This document shows, in pieces, positions 51,073 through 59,743 of a stretch of DNA of 64,000 nucleotides. Position numbers and translations under genes: made by a program. The stretch comes from Candidatus Calescibacterium sp. (GTDB lineage Bacteria; Calescibacteriota; Calescibacteriia; Calescibacteriales; Calescibacteriaceae), in assembly GCA_032249135.1 (NCBI GenBank), contig JAVVGL010000001.1, forward strand, positions 144,283 to 208,282, in the 5' to 3' direction. Below the pieces are notes generated by a model. It saw only the letters and a list, made by a program, of their open reading frames with translations. It was not told the origin of the DNA and did no database searches. Each line of letters starts with the position of its first letter. Position 1 is the first letter of the stretch.

Positions 51073-51180
51073 AAAAAATAATTTTGAGATCTGATACAAA
51101 ATTTTACTTTCTTTCAGATTTTTTGAGAAAGTCAAACAAAATTTTGAGAGCAAGATAAGAAGCTAAAATCTTCAAATTTT
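51073..51180. repeat. 108-bp direct repeat, copy 2 (functional cinA 3' end)
   Basis: Matches 50211..50318. Confidence 0.95.
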
Positions 51181-52345
51181 TCCTTCCTATGTTGAAGAAA
51201 AATTCAAAAGATTCAACTTGATTGTCTGGATAAGCAAAACCTATATAAAATAGTCCGGGATTTTTTCCCTCTAATTTATCTGGACCAGCCACACCAGTTG
51301 TTGATATACCAATATCAGATTTGAATTTTGATTTGACTGCTTTTGCAAGCTCACGAGCACATTCATGTGAAACCATGCCAAACTTCTCTATCACATCTTT
51401 ACTCACCCCCAAATTTATTTTTGCATCTCGAGTATATACAATTTCCCCACCCTTAAAATAAGATGATGCGCCTCCAACATCTGTGAGCATATTTGATAAT
51501 TCTCCTCCTGTAAAAGATTCGGCAACAGAAACTGAAAATCCACTCTTTTTCAGAAAATCTGAAACTACCTCTTTAAAAGATTTTTTCACATCGTCGGAAT
51601 ATATATAACTCCCCAGATGAAGTTTTAATTTATCTACAAACTCAAAAAAACTACTTTGTGTTTTGCCCAAAATCCTCAACATAACCTCCGGAAAAGATGG
51701 AAAGTAAGAGATTCTTATAACTGAATCTGGAATGCCTATTTGATTTATTTGATTTTCTATTTGAGTCTCCGTCAGCCCAAAAATTTTGAATATAACTTTT
51801 TCAACTTTGAACACATCAGGAAATTCTTTTTTTATATCTTCAAGAACAAATTGTTCAAACATCGCTGAAAACTCAGAGGGGACCCCGGGGAGGAAGTAAA
51901 ATTTTTTTGCTTTTTTTGATATTTTGAAACCAAAAGCTGAACCGAGTGGATTTGGAATAATTTCTGCACCTGAAGGAAATGAACATTGAATTTTAAGGTA
52001 TTCAGGAATATCATCAAACCTCACTCCAAATCTTTCTTCAAGTTTTTTTTTCATAATCTCAGTAGCCTCATCGTATTGTTTTAAAGGTAAAGAAAAATAT
52101 TCACTTGCAACTTTGCGTGTAATGTCATCTGATGTTGAACCAAGTCCACCAGAACAGATTATAAAATCAGAAAACTTTTCTGCGTTTTCAAGAGCAAACT
52201 TTATGTCATCCTTTCTATCACCTACAACCTGCAAATAAAGAGAAAATCCAAAATCATAGAGCTCAGAAGCAACTGATTTGAAGTTCTTTTCATCTGTAAG
52301 ACCCGAAATTATCTCCTCACCTATCACAACAAAAGCTATTCTCAT
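51104..52345 (-). CDS. cinA: CinA-like protein (MoCF-like domain + NMN deamidase PncC)
   Basis: G.E..SG, VGD, GGLG.T.DDIT, LPGVP.E, AES.TGG, G.S.YF.GG, STTGVAGP. Confidence 0.92.
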   Translation of the reverse strand: MRIAFVVIGEEIISGLTDEKNFKSVASELYDFGFSLYLQVVGDRKDDIKFALENAEKFSDFIICSGGLGSTSDDITRKVASEYFSLPLKQYDEATEIMKKKLEERFGVRFDDIPEYLKIQCSFPSGAEIIPNPLGSAFGFKISKKAKKFYFLPGVPSEFSAMFEQFVLEDIKKEFPDVFKVEKVIFKIFGLTETQIENQINQIGIPDSVIRISYFPSFPEVMLRILGKTQSSFFEFVDKLKLHLGSYIYSDDVKKSFKEVVSDFLKKSGFSVSVAESFTGGELSNMLTDVGGASSYFKGGEIVYTRDAKINLGVSKDVIEKFGMVSHECARELAKAVKSKFKSDIGISTTGVAGPDKLEGKNPGLFYIGFAYPDNQVESFEFFFNIGRKNLKILASYLALKILFDFLKKSERK

Positions 52346-52689
52346 TTTTTTATATATCTAACCCAAATTGTTAGTTAATCAGAAAATCAATCAATAATAG
52401 ATATTTTAAAATTAAAGCTGAGGAAGAAAAGAAAAAAGCAAAACCTCTTTCATCTTCGTTTAAAGGAAGACGTAGGGGCAGAAGCTTCTGATTTAGAAAC
52501 GCCACAATTACTATTTTAGCTTTTTTATTTTCCGGTAGCAATTTAAAAAACTCCTTCTTTTTTTGAACTATTTAGGGAGATCCCTTTATAAAGAAATTGT
52601 AAGGTTTTTTCCATAAAAAATTTTTGATATCTTCGAAGATATTTGGAAATTAGTCTTTTTACAAAATTTTTGGAAATTTGTTTTTCAAG

Positions 52690-53139
52690 CTATGGAATTA
52701 TCTCAGGGGTTATATACCAAATTATAGACCAGTTTTTTTCTTGGCGTACAAGACACAATGGGGCAGAATAGCGGAATTTTACAGTCTCTATTTCTTGGTT
52801 CCCAAAAATTAGCAAAGATGTAAGTTTTGAAAGATGAGGAAGATGTCCGACTAGCATTATATTGTCAATTTCTTCAAGTCTTTTGAGCCATATTGTAGGG
52901 TCATCGTTTGGGTTAAGTCCATCCACCGCTCGTAAAGGAGATTTAAGATATTGTGAAAAAATTTCTGCTGTTTGTTTTGCACGAGTTTTACCGCTATGCA
53001 CTATCTCATTTACTTTTACTCCTGCTGATGCCAAAAATTTTGCAATTTTTTCGGTCTCAGAAATCCCTTCAGGAGTTAATTTTCTTTCTGGGTCCTCTTG
53101 TTCTGTAAAAGCTTTGCCGTGTTGAACCAAAATAATCAT
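52690..53139 (-). CDS. sixA: Phosphohistidine phosphatase SixA (QHG variant)
   Basis: LVQHGKA, R.LT..G, HS.K.RA.QTA, LVGHLP; ATG 53139 preferred. Confidence 0.88.
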   Translation of the reverse strand: MIILVQHGKAFTEQEDPERKLTPEGISETEKIAKFLASAGVKVNEIVHSGKTRAKQTAEIFSQYLKSPLRAVDGLNPNDDPTIWLKRLEEIDNIMLVGHLPHLSKLTSLLIFGNQEIETVKFRYSAPLCLVRQEKNWSIIWYITPEIIP

Positions 53140-53170
53140 AAATTTAATGATAAATTCTTCTTTTCTAAAT

Positions 53171-53926
53171 TCATTTTTTCCTTTCTCTTTCAAAAAATAT
53201 TGCTCGTCCAAGTCTTACTATTGTTGCTCCTTCTTCTATTGCTACTTCAAAATCATCTGACATTCCTGCCGAAATTTCTGCTAACATATTTTCTGGTACT
53301 CCTTTTCTTGCGCATTCTTCTTTTATTTTCATAAGTTCTCTGAAATATTTTCTTGAATCTTCTTTATCTTTTGGTGGAGGAGGGATAACCATAAGTCCGC
53401 ATATCTTCACATGCTTTGGTTCAAATTCTAACGCTTTCTCAAAGAATTCAAATACATTTTCTGGCATGATTCCGCTTTTTGTTTGCTCTTTTCCTATGTT
53501 TATCTGAACAAGGACTTTTATTTCTTTTTGTGCTGCAGAACATCTTTTTTCAAGTTCTTTTAGAAGTTCAATTGAATCAAGTGAATGGAGGTACTCAAAA
53601 TTTCCTGGGATAAATTTTGCTTTATTTTTTTGAAGGTGTCCGACAAAATGCCATGTAATTTTCAATTCTTTCAGCTCATTTATTTTTTTCAGAGCCTCTT
53701 GAACATAGTTTTCTCCAAAATCTCGGATTCCCCCTTCATAAGCGAACTTTATAAAATCAGAGGGAAATGTTTTAGAAACCGCAACTATTTTTATTTCATT
53801 TTCATTTCTTCCTGAACGTTCGCATGCTCTTTTTATTCTTTCTTTTACATTTTTTATGTTATCAAGAATTTTCTCTCTTATTTCATTTAACTTCTCCTTA
53901 TTTTCTTTGATTTCAAAACTTTCCAT
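53171..53926 (-). CDS. yggS: PLP homeostasis protein YggS/PipY
   Basis: VAVSKT, FGENYVQE, WHFVG.LQ.NK, GMSDDFE.AIEEGAT.VR.G. Confidence 0.95.
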   Translation of the reverse strand: MESFEIKENKEKLNEIREKILDNIKNVKERIKRACERSGRNENEIKIVAVSKTFPSDFIKFAYEGGIRDFGENYVQEALKKINELKELKITWHFVGHLQKNKAKFIPGNFEYLHSLDSIELLKELEKRCSAAQKEIKVLVQINIGKEQTKSGIMPENVFEFFEKALEFEPKHVKICGLMVIPPPPKDKEDSRKYFRELMKIKEECARKGVPENMLAEISAGMSDDFEVAIEEGATIVRLGRAIFFERERKK

Positions 53927-53929
53927 AAT

Positions 53930-54778
53930 TCAGAATGTGAAATCATAAATAAAAAATGGATTCCATTCAATATAGTTTTCTCTTATTGATTTTTCAAGTG
54001 AAGAAATCATTTCATCAAATGTTTTTACCTGCTTTAAAGTAACATTTATTTTCCAGTTAAGTTCAGAGGGTCTCGGCGGGATTTTATCTTTTAGTTCTCC
54101 TGATCTTATTGCGAGTATCCAAAACACAGGCATTTCAAATCTTTCTGAAATTCTGAAAGGTAAATCTGTTATTTTTGTTTTCTCTCCAAAGATTTTAGTT
54201 TCTTTTGAACCGGGGATAGGTCTGTCTACTAAAAACACAAGGGCTTTTTCTCTTTTATCTTGCTTTAATTGTGATAGCATGTCTTTCAAAGATGAAAATA
54301 AGTTTAATCCGAAGTTTTTTCTTGTCAAGTTGAAAAATATTTTTTCTGATTTTTTTTGAAGATTTTCAACTAAAACATTTATCTTCACTCCTCTTTCAGA
54401 AAAATATAGAGAAACTGCTTCAGGAATTCCTATGTGCCCAGAGACAGCAATTACTCCCGAGTTCTTTATGCTTTCTTCAAATAATTCCTTTTCTTTTGGA
54501 CTTTCAAATTCTATCTCTACTATACCATTTTTACCTTTTAACTTTGGGAAGAGAAGAAGCTGGAAATGATATAGTGTATGATAGAAAAAAACCGAATCTA
54601 TTTCTTCCTCTGCTATTTTTCTTTTGAGAACTACTTTGAGATTTCTTTTGGCAATGTCGTACCTTCTAAAGCCTCTAAATCTTCCGTTTTTCTTTTCTAT
54701 TTTTGAGATAAGAATTGCTACCCTGTCAATTGATTTCTCAAGAATTTTTTCAATTGTTCTTTCAACATTTGTATTCAC
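53930..54778 (-). CDS. LpxL/HtrB-like lysophospholipid acyltransferase (divergent)
   Basis: SGHIGIPE (H-x4-E), LVDRP, FG, LE..IR....W. Confidence 0.65.
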   Translation of the reverse strand: MNTNVERTIEKILEKSIDRVAILISKIEKKNGRFRGFRRYDIAKRNLKVVLKRKIAEEEIDSVFFYHTLYHFQLLLFPKLKGKNGIVEIEFESPKEKELFEESIKNSGVIAVSGHIGIPEAVSLYFSERGVKINVLVENLQKKSEKIFFNLTRKNFGLNLFSSLKDMLSQLKQDKREKALVFLVDRPIPGSKETKIFGEKTKITDLPFRISERFEMPVFWILAIRSGELKDKIPPRPSELNWKINVTLKQVKTFDEMISSLEKSIRENYIEWNPFFIYDFTF

Positions 54779-54791
54779 TATTTTCTACAAA

Positions 54792-55385
54792 TCACATTTT
54801 TAGTTTTCCAAAGTCCTCTTCTGATATTATATCGAGCAAAACATCTTCTTTTTCTTTTGCCACTTGTGAAGGTATTCCTTTGAGGAATTCAGAACTTCTT
54901 GTTTTATCAAAAACGATTTCATCAACATATATATCTGCTCCGACCCTCAAAGCTATAGCTATTGCATCAGAAGGTCTTGAATCTATTTCATATTCTTTTC
55001 CGTTGTGTTCTATATATAGTGTTGCATAATAGGTTGAGTGTTTGAGGTCAGATACTTCTATTTTTTTGAGTTTTATTCCCAAGGTTGAGAATATATTTTT
55101 TATGAGGTCGTGAGTGAGAGGTCTCTCAAACTTTATACTTTCAAGTTCCATCATTATTGCATTCGCCTCGTTTATGCCTATCCATATCGGCAAAAATCTT
55201 TCACCGTTCTCCTCCTTCAAAACAACAGCTGGGGTTTGCGTAATATTATCTACCACTACCGTCGCAACCACCATCTTTATTTTTGAAGACTTTGACTTTT
55301 TACCCTCTGATTCTCCTCCCAACTCAGATCTTAACTCCTCCTTTTCCTTTAATTCTTTCTCTTTCTCCTCCTTTTTTTCTTTCAT
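54792..55385 (-). CDS. Bifunctional nuclease family (DUF151) protein
   Basis: LPIWIG..EA.AI, RPLTHDL, DSRPSDAIA.ALR. Confidence 0.92.
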   Translation of the reverse strand: MKEKKEEKEKELKEKEELRSELGGESEGKKSKSSKIKMVVATVVVDNITQTPAVVLKEENGERFLPIWIGINEANAIMMELESIKFERPLTHDLIKNIFSTLGIKLKKIEVSDLKHSTYYATLYIEHNGKEYEIDSRPSDAIAIALRVGADIYVDEIVFDKTRSSEFLKGIPSQVAKEKEDVLLDIISEEDFGKLKM

Positions 55386-55512
55386 GCTTTGAACCTCCCT
55401 TATCTATATAATTTTATCATGTTTTTTTATTTTTTGTCTTTCTCTTATATTTTGACCTTGTTTTTTGTCGTGTTTTTTATTTTCTACCGTGTTTTTTTAT
55501 TGGTATAGTCCA

Positions 55513-55794
55513 CTAAGTTTTGAGAATGCAGTTATCTGTTCCGAAAGGGTTTTTTATATATCCATCTGCTTCCGGGTCATTTACATATTCTTTGCCATCT
55601 ATTACATATCTGAACTCAAATTCTCTTCCCACCTCAAAAGTTTTAGTAATGTAAAATGTACCATCTCTTTTTCTTTTCATTCTTTCTGGTTGCCAGCTAT
55701 TCCAACTCCCAATTATTTCAACATACTCAGCTTTTTCTGGCTTTATCTGAAATGTCACCTTACATCTTTTGCCTTTGTATTCCTTCTTTATCAT
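55513..55794 (-). CDS. Isoamylase early-set/CBM48 glycogen-binding small protein
   Basis: CKVTF, V...G.WN.W..., FRY..DG...NDPEAD.Y..NPFG..N. Confidence 0.85.
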   Translation of the reverse strand: MIKKEYKGKRCKVTFQIKPEKAEYVEIIGSWNSWQPERMKRKRDGTFYITKTFEVGREFEFRYVIDGKEYVNDPEADGYIKNPFGTDNCILKT

Positions 55795-55887
55795 TTTTTT
55801 ATCTCCTTATCATTTTCTTAAACCAATTAATCATTTATTTTTTCTAAAAAATTTTTAGTAAAGAACAGATTATTTTTTGTTGCCAAA

Positions 55888-56353
55888 TCAATACTTGAAA
55901 TTGATTTTTTCTTTTTCTCTTAGATCATCCATTTTTTTGATGGAGATTTTATCACATTTGGCTTCAATTGAGACTGTCTCTATATAAAAAGCTGTGTCTT
56001 TATCTGAAATCAAAAATGCGTTATCGTATAAGAATTTACCTCCGTAAGATGAGTTTGCATCTTGTCCATAATTTTCAACAAGTTCTATTATTTTGCTTAA
56101 AGATTCTTCCGATTTTTCTGATAATTCAAGAGCTATTCTTAACTCGCTTATTCCAATCTCTCCTACCCACATCCAAAAAGGTTTAGCAAGTATTACCTGA
56201 AATTTCCTTTTGTACTTTGGAATTTTTATTTAAGTTGCTCTTTCATATTTCGGAGTTAGAAAAACAAATCTCTGAGTTTCAAGATTAAGGTCTATCAGAA
56301 TTCTTTCCCATTATCTTTACTTTGCTTCCCTTTGCAAATACAATATTACACAT
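55888..56353 (-). pseudogene. Peptidase C69 (secernin/dipeptidase) pseudogene
   Basis: MCNIVFAKGSKVKIMGKNSDRP* from ATG 56353; other frames give IPKYKRKFQVILAKPFWMWVGEIGISE and LRIALE...YGQ..N....Y.N.FLI.D...A...ET; truncated. Confidence 0.8.
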
Positions 56354-56465
56354 TGTTAGATTTCACAAAAACTCATTTCAGAAATTTAGGATATATTGAA
56401 TAATTCAAAAATTACACAAAACAAAAAGCAAAATGATTATATTAAAAAAGAGGAGGTGATAAGAA

Positions 56466-56843
56466 ATGAAAGTAAAAAGCATATTGACAATAGCAACTTT
56501 GGTAGTAGCAGGTGTTATATCAGTCAAATCAGATGTTTTCCCTTGCGGTGGAGGCAAAACTCACGGGCCGGAAGTCAAATCTGCCCCAACCTTTATGTCT
56601 CCTGTGATGCTCATGAGCGCAGAATCTGAAACGATAGAGAAAACAATAAAAGTAGAAGGAATGGAATGCGCAAACTGTGCAAAATCAATAGAAAGGTCTG
56701 TCAAAAAAGTAAATGGAATTATTGAAGTTAAAGCAGACTACAAATCAGGAACATGCAAAATAAAAGCTAAAAAAGATGTTAATATGGAGGAAGTATTTAA
56801 GGCAATAGAAAAAGCTGGTTTTAAACCAGTAGGCGAAATATAA
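56466..56843 (+). CDS. Exported heavy-metal-associated (HMA; CopZ/MerP-like) protein
   Basis: Signal peptide, GMECANC motif; SD GGAGGTG. Confidence 0.85.
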   Translation: MKVKSILTIATLVVAGVISVKSDVFPCGGGKTHGPEVKSAPTFMSPVMLMSAESETIEKTIKVEGMECANCAKSIERSVKKVNGIIEVKADYKSGTCKIKAKKDVNMEEVFKAIEKAGFKPVGEI

Positions 56844-57006
56844 AAAAACAACACAACAAAAAAAATAACACAAAACAAGAAAATAACCAGAAGCCAATTT
56901 TTATATTTTTTATATTCTGATTTTGTTCAATTTTTCCTGAAATTGCATAAATTTTGAAGTCCAATTTTTATTTTTCTTTTACTTTAACCAAGGGGGGTAT
57001 AAAAAT

Positions 57007-57990
57007 ATGTGGGCGTGGCACTTTTATGAGAGAAAAAAACCTGTAAGAATAAGAAGGTCAGAACTTACATGTCCGGGAAACAACATGAAAATGATGATAA
57101 AAGCAGCTGAATCAAATGCTGACTGGGTAATGTTTGACCTTGAAGACACAGTTCCACCATCAGAAAAAGAAAAAGCAAGAGAATTAGTAGCCGAAGCACT
57201 GAACACACTTGATTTCAAAGGAAAAGTGAGAGCATTTAGACCAAATAATCTCAGAACACGATACTGGTATGAGGATATAATTGAAGTAGTATCAAAAGCC
57301 GGGCATAATATAGACATAATTGTTCTGCCAAAAATATATGGTCCAGAAGAAGTTGCTGCTGTTGACCAGCTTCTTACACAGCTTGAAAGAAAGCTTGACC
57401 TTGAACCCGGCAAAATTGGTCTTGAAGTTCTTATAGAAACTGCTCAGGCTCTTGTGAGAATAAAAGAAATATGTGAAGCTTCTCCAAGACTTGAAGCTTT
57501 AATTTTCGGTGTAGCAGATTTTTCAGCATCAATCGGAGCAAGAGAGATGAAAAAAGACCAACACATAAATTTCCTCTATGCAAAACAGTGTGTAGTAGTC
57601 CACGCAAAAGCTTACGGACTTGATGCGATAGATTGTGTCACATTAGATTTCAAAGATGCAGAAGCAACAAGAAGAGATGCAGAATGGGCAGCAAAATTCG
57701 GATTTGACGGAAAATGGGTAATTCACCCAGCTCAAATAGATATTGTAAATGAAGTTTTTACACCATCAGATGAAGAAATAAAAAGAAGTCTCAAAATAAT
57801 AGAAGAATACAGAAGAGTTGAAAAAGAAAAAGGAGCATGGGCATTAGCAATTGATGGGGAAATGGTTGATGCCGCCACAATACGAGTTGAATTCAAAAAA
57901 CTCCTCGCCGCTAAAAAAGCCGGAAAACTTGAAAAACTTGACATCCCAAAAGATATTTTTGAAGGCGTAGAGTTTGAAATAAAATATTAA
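57007..57990 (+). CDS. CitE-family CoA-ester lyase (citryl/malyl-CoA lyase-like)
   Basis: RRSEL..PG, FDLED.V, IETA, FG.ADF..S.G, GF.GKW.IHP.Q, G.MVD.A. Confidence 0.88.
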   Translation: MWAWHFYERKKPVRIRRSELTCPGNNMKMMIKAAESNADWVMFDLEDTVPPSEKEKARELVAEALNTLDFKGKVRAFRPNNLRTRYWYEDIIEVVSKAGHNIDIIVLPKIYGPEEVAAVDQLLTQLERKLDLEPGKIGLEVLIETAQALVRIKEICEASPRLEALIFGVADFSASIGAREMKKDQHINFLYAKQCVVVHAKAYGLDAIDCVTLDFKDAEATRRDAEWAAKFGFDGKWVIHPAQIDIVNEVFTPSDEEIKRSLKIIEEYRRVEKEKGAWALAIDGEMVDAATIRVEFKKLLAAKKAGKLEKLDIPKDIFEGVEFEIKY

Positions 57991-58072
57991 AAAAATATTT
58001 TTGGATTTTGTATCACACCAGATTATCACCACTATCTTTTTCTGATTTCTAAATTTATTATACGATTTCAAT

Positions 58073-58732
58073 ATGGCTTCGGAAGAAAAAAATAATAGAA
58101 AGAAGATTGATAATAATCACGAAGATAAAGTGATATATTTCCCCGAAGATAGAATTGAAATAATAAAAAATAGTATAGAAAACATAATAAGAGCAATAGG
58201 AGATAATCCTGAAAGAGAGGGATTAAGAAAAACTCCTGAAAGATACGCAAGAGCTCTCACAGAAGTGCTATCTGGATACTTTCAATCACCAGAGGAAATA
58301 ATAAATGGAGCTATCTTTGAGCAGGATTACAGCGGAATGGTTATTGTAAAAAATATAAGATTTTTCAGTATGTGCGAACACCACATCTTACCATTTTTCG
58401 GAATATGCTCAGTCGCATATTTCCCCCAGGGCAAAATAATAGGACTTTCAAAAATACCAAGAATAGTGAAATTTTTTGCAAGCAGATTACAGGTGCAAGA
58501 AAGAATGACGGAACAAATAGGTAAATTTATTGAGCAAACCGTTAATCCAGAAGGCGTAGCGGTCTATATATCTGCGTATCATCTGTGTCTTGCTATGAGA
58601 GGAGCAAAAAAAGAAGATGTCAAGATGGAAACCCTATATTTTTCCGGAAAGTTTGAAAGAGACCTTGAACTCAAAAAAATATTCCTACAACAAATAAGAG
58701 ATACCAGTAGCGACAACATGAGCTCAATCTAA
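58073..58732 (+). CDS. folE: GTP cyclohydrolase I
   Basis: REGL..TP.R, S.CEHH.LPF.G, GLSK..R, RLQVQER.T, H.C..MRG. Confidence 0.96.
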   Translation: MASEEKNNRKKIDNNHEDKVIYFPEDRIEIIKNSIENIIRAIGDNPEREGLRKTPERYARALTEVLSGYFQSPEEIINGAIFEQDYSGMVIVKNIRFFSMCEHHILPFFGICSVAYFPQGKIIGLSKIPRIVKFFASRLQVQERMTEQIGKFIEQTVNPEGVAVYISAYHLCLAMRGAKKEDVKMETLYFSGKFERDLELKKIFLQQIRDTSSDNMSSI

Positions 58733-58824
58733 TAGAATAAAGAAAAATAGAGAAATAAATAAAACAAAAGTTTTTATTGAAGAAAAAACAAACAAACAGG
58801 AAAAATAATAATTAAATTTATACT

Positions 58825-59067
58825 ATGGAAACTCCAGAAAATATTCCCATCACGAAAGAATTAGACCTCCGAGGCACAATATGTCCGATGAACATAATTA
58901 TTGCAAAAAAAGAGATAACAAAAATGAAAAAAGGAGAAATACTGAAAATAATTGTTGATTTCCCAGGAGCAAAAGATGATGTATCAAAAAGCCTACAAAA
59001 AGAAGGTCATAAAATTTTGAATATAAAAGAATATCAAACCCACGCAGAAATAATAGTTCAAGTTTAA
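58825..59067 (+). CDS. TusA/SirA-family sulfur carrier
   Basis: LDLRG..CP motif, GE.L....D. Confidence 0.85.
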   Translation: METPENIPITKELDLRGTICPMNIIIAKKEITKMKKGEILKIIVDFPGAKDDVSKSLQKEGHKILNIKEYQTHAEIIVQV

Positions 59068-59233
59068 GAAAAATAATGGTTTAGGTTTAAAAAATCAAAA
59101 GGAAAAACAAAAATCCCAGAAAACAGAAACTGGAAAGTCTGAACAAAAATTTAGGGGAAAAATTTTTGATTTTATTGTAATTTCTGCTATAACTTCTAAA
59201 ATGTCAAGCAATTTTTAAAGGAGGTGAATCAAA

Positions 59234-59614
59234 ATGAAAAGACTTTCTAAAACAAACATGATATCTAATAAAACAGGAAGGGTTTTATTTATTTTGGCAG
59301 CATTAATAGGTTTTGTAGGAGCTCTCGCAGGGAATGTATTAGCAGCAGAAGAAGTTCAAGCAGCAGCACAAGCTGCATCAGGTCAGCTCAGAGAGTTTGG
59401 TCTCGCAATAGGTGCAGGTTTAGGTCTCGGATTAGCAGCAGCAGGTGGTGCTCTCGCTCAAGGTAGAGCAGTCTCATCAGCTATGGAGGGGCTCTCAAGA
59501 AATCCGCAAGCATCAGATAAGATGTTCCTTCCTCTCATTTTAGGTTTAGTTTTTATTGAATCTTTGGTTATATATACCCTTGTTATTGCATTCTTCTTGC
59601 AAGGAAAAATATAG
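59234..59614 (+). CDS. atpE: F0F1 ATP synthase subunit c with N-terminal extension
   Basis: GxGxG helix, QG...RNP loop, IESLVIY; SD GGAGGTG. Confidence 0.93.
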   Translation: MKRLSKTNMISNKTGRVLFILAALIGFVGALAGNVLAAEEVQAAAQAASGQLREFGLAIGAGLGLGLAAAGGALAQGRAVSSAMEGLSRNPQASDKMFLPLILGLVFIESLVIYTLVIAFFLQGKI

Positions 59615-59628
59615 TTTTTTAAAATTTG

Positions 59629-59660
<32 letters not shown>

Positions 59661-59743
59661 TAAGCTTTTATAAAGTTAAGTTGCTCTGTAGCAATTAGGG
59701 GAATAATGTTAGGTCCTGATTGATTTTCAGGACCGCCATAAAA

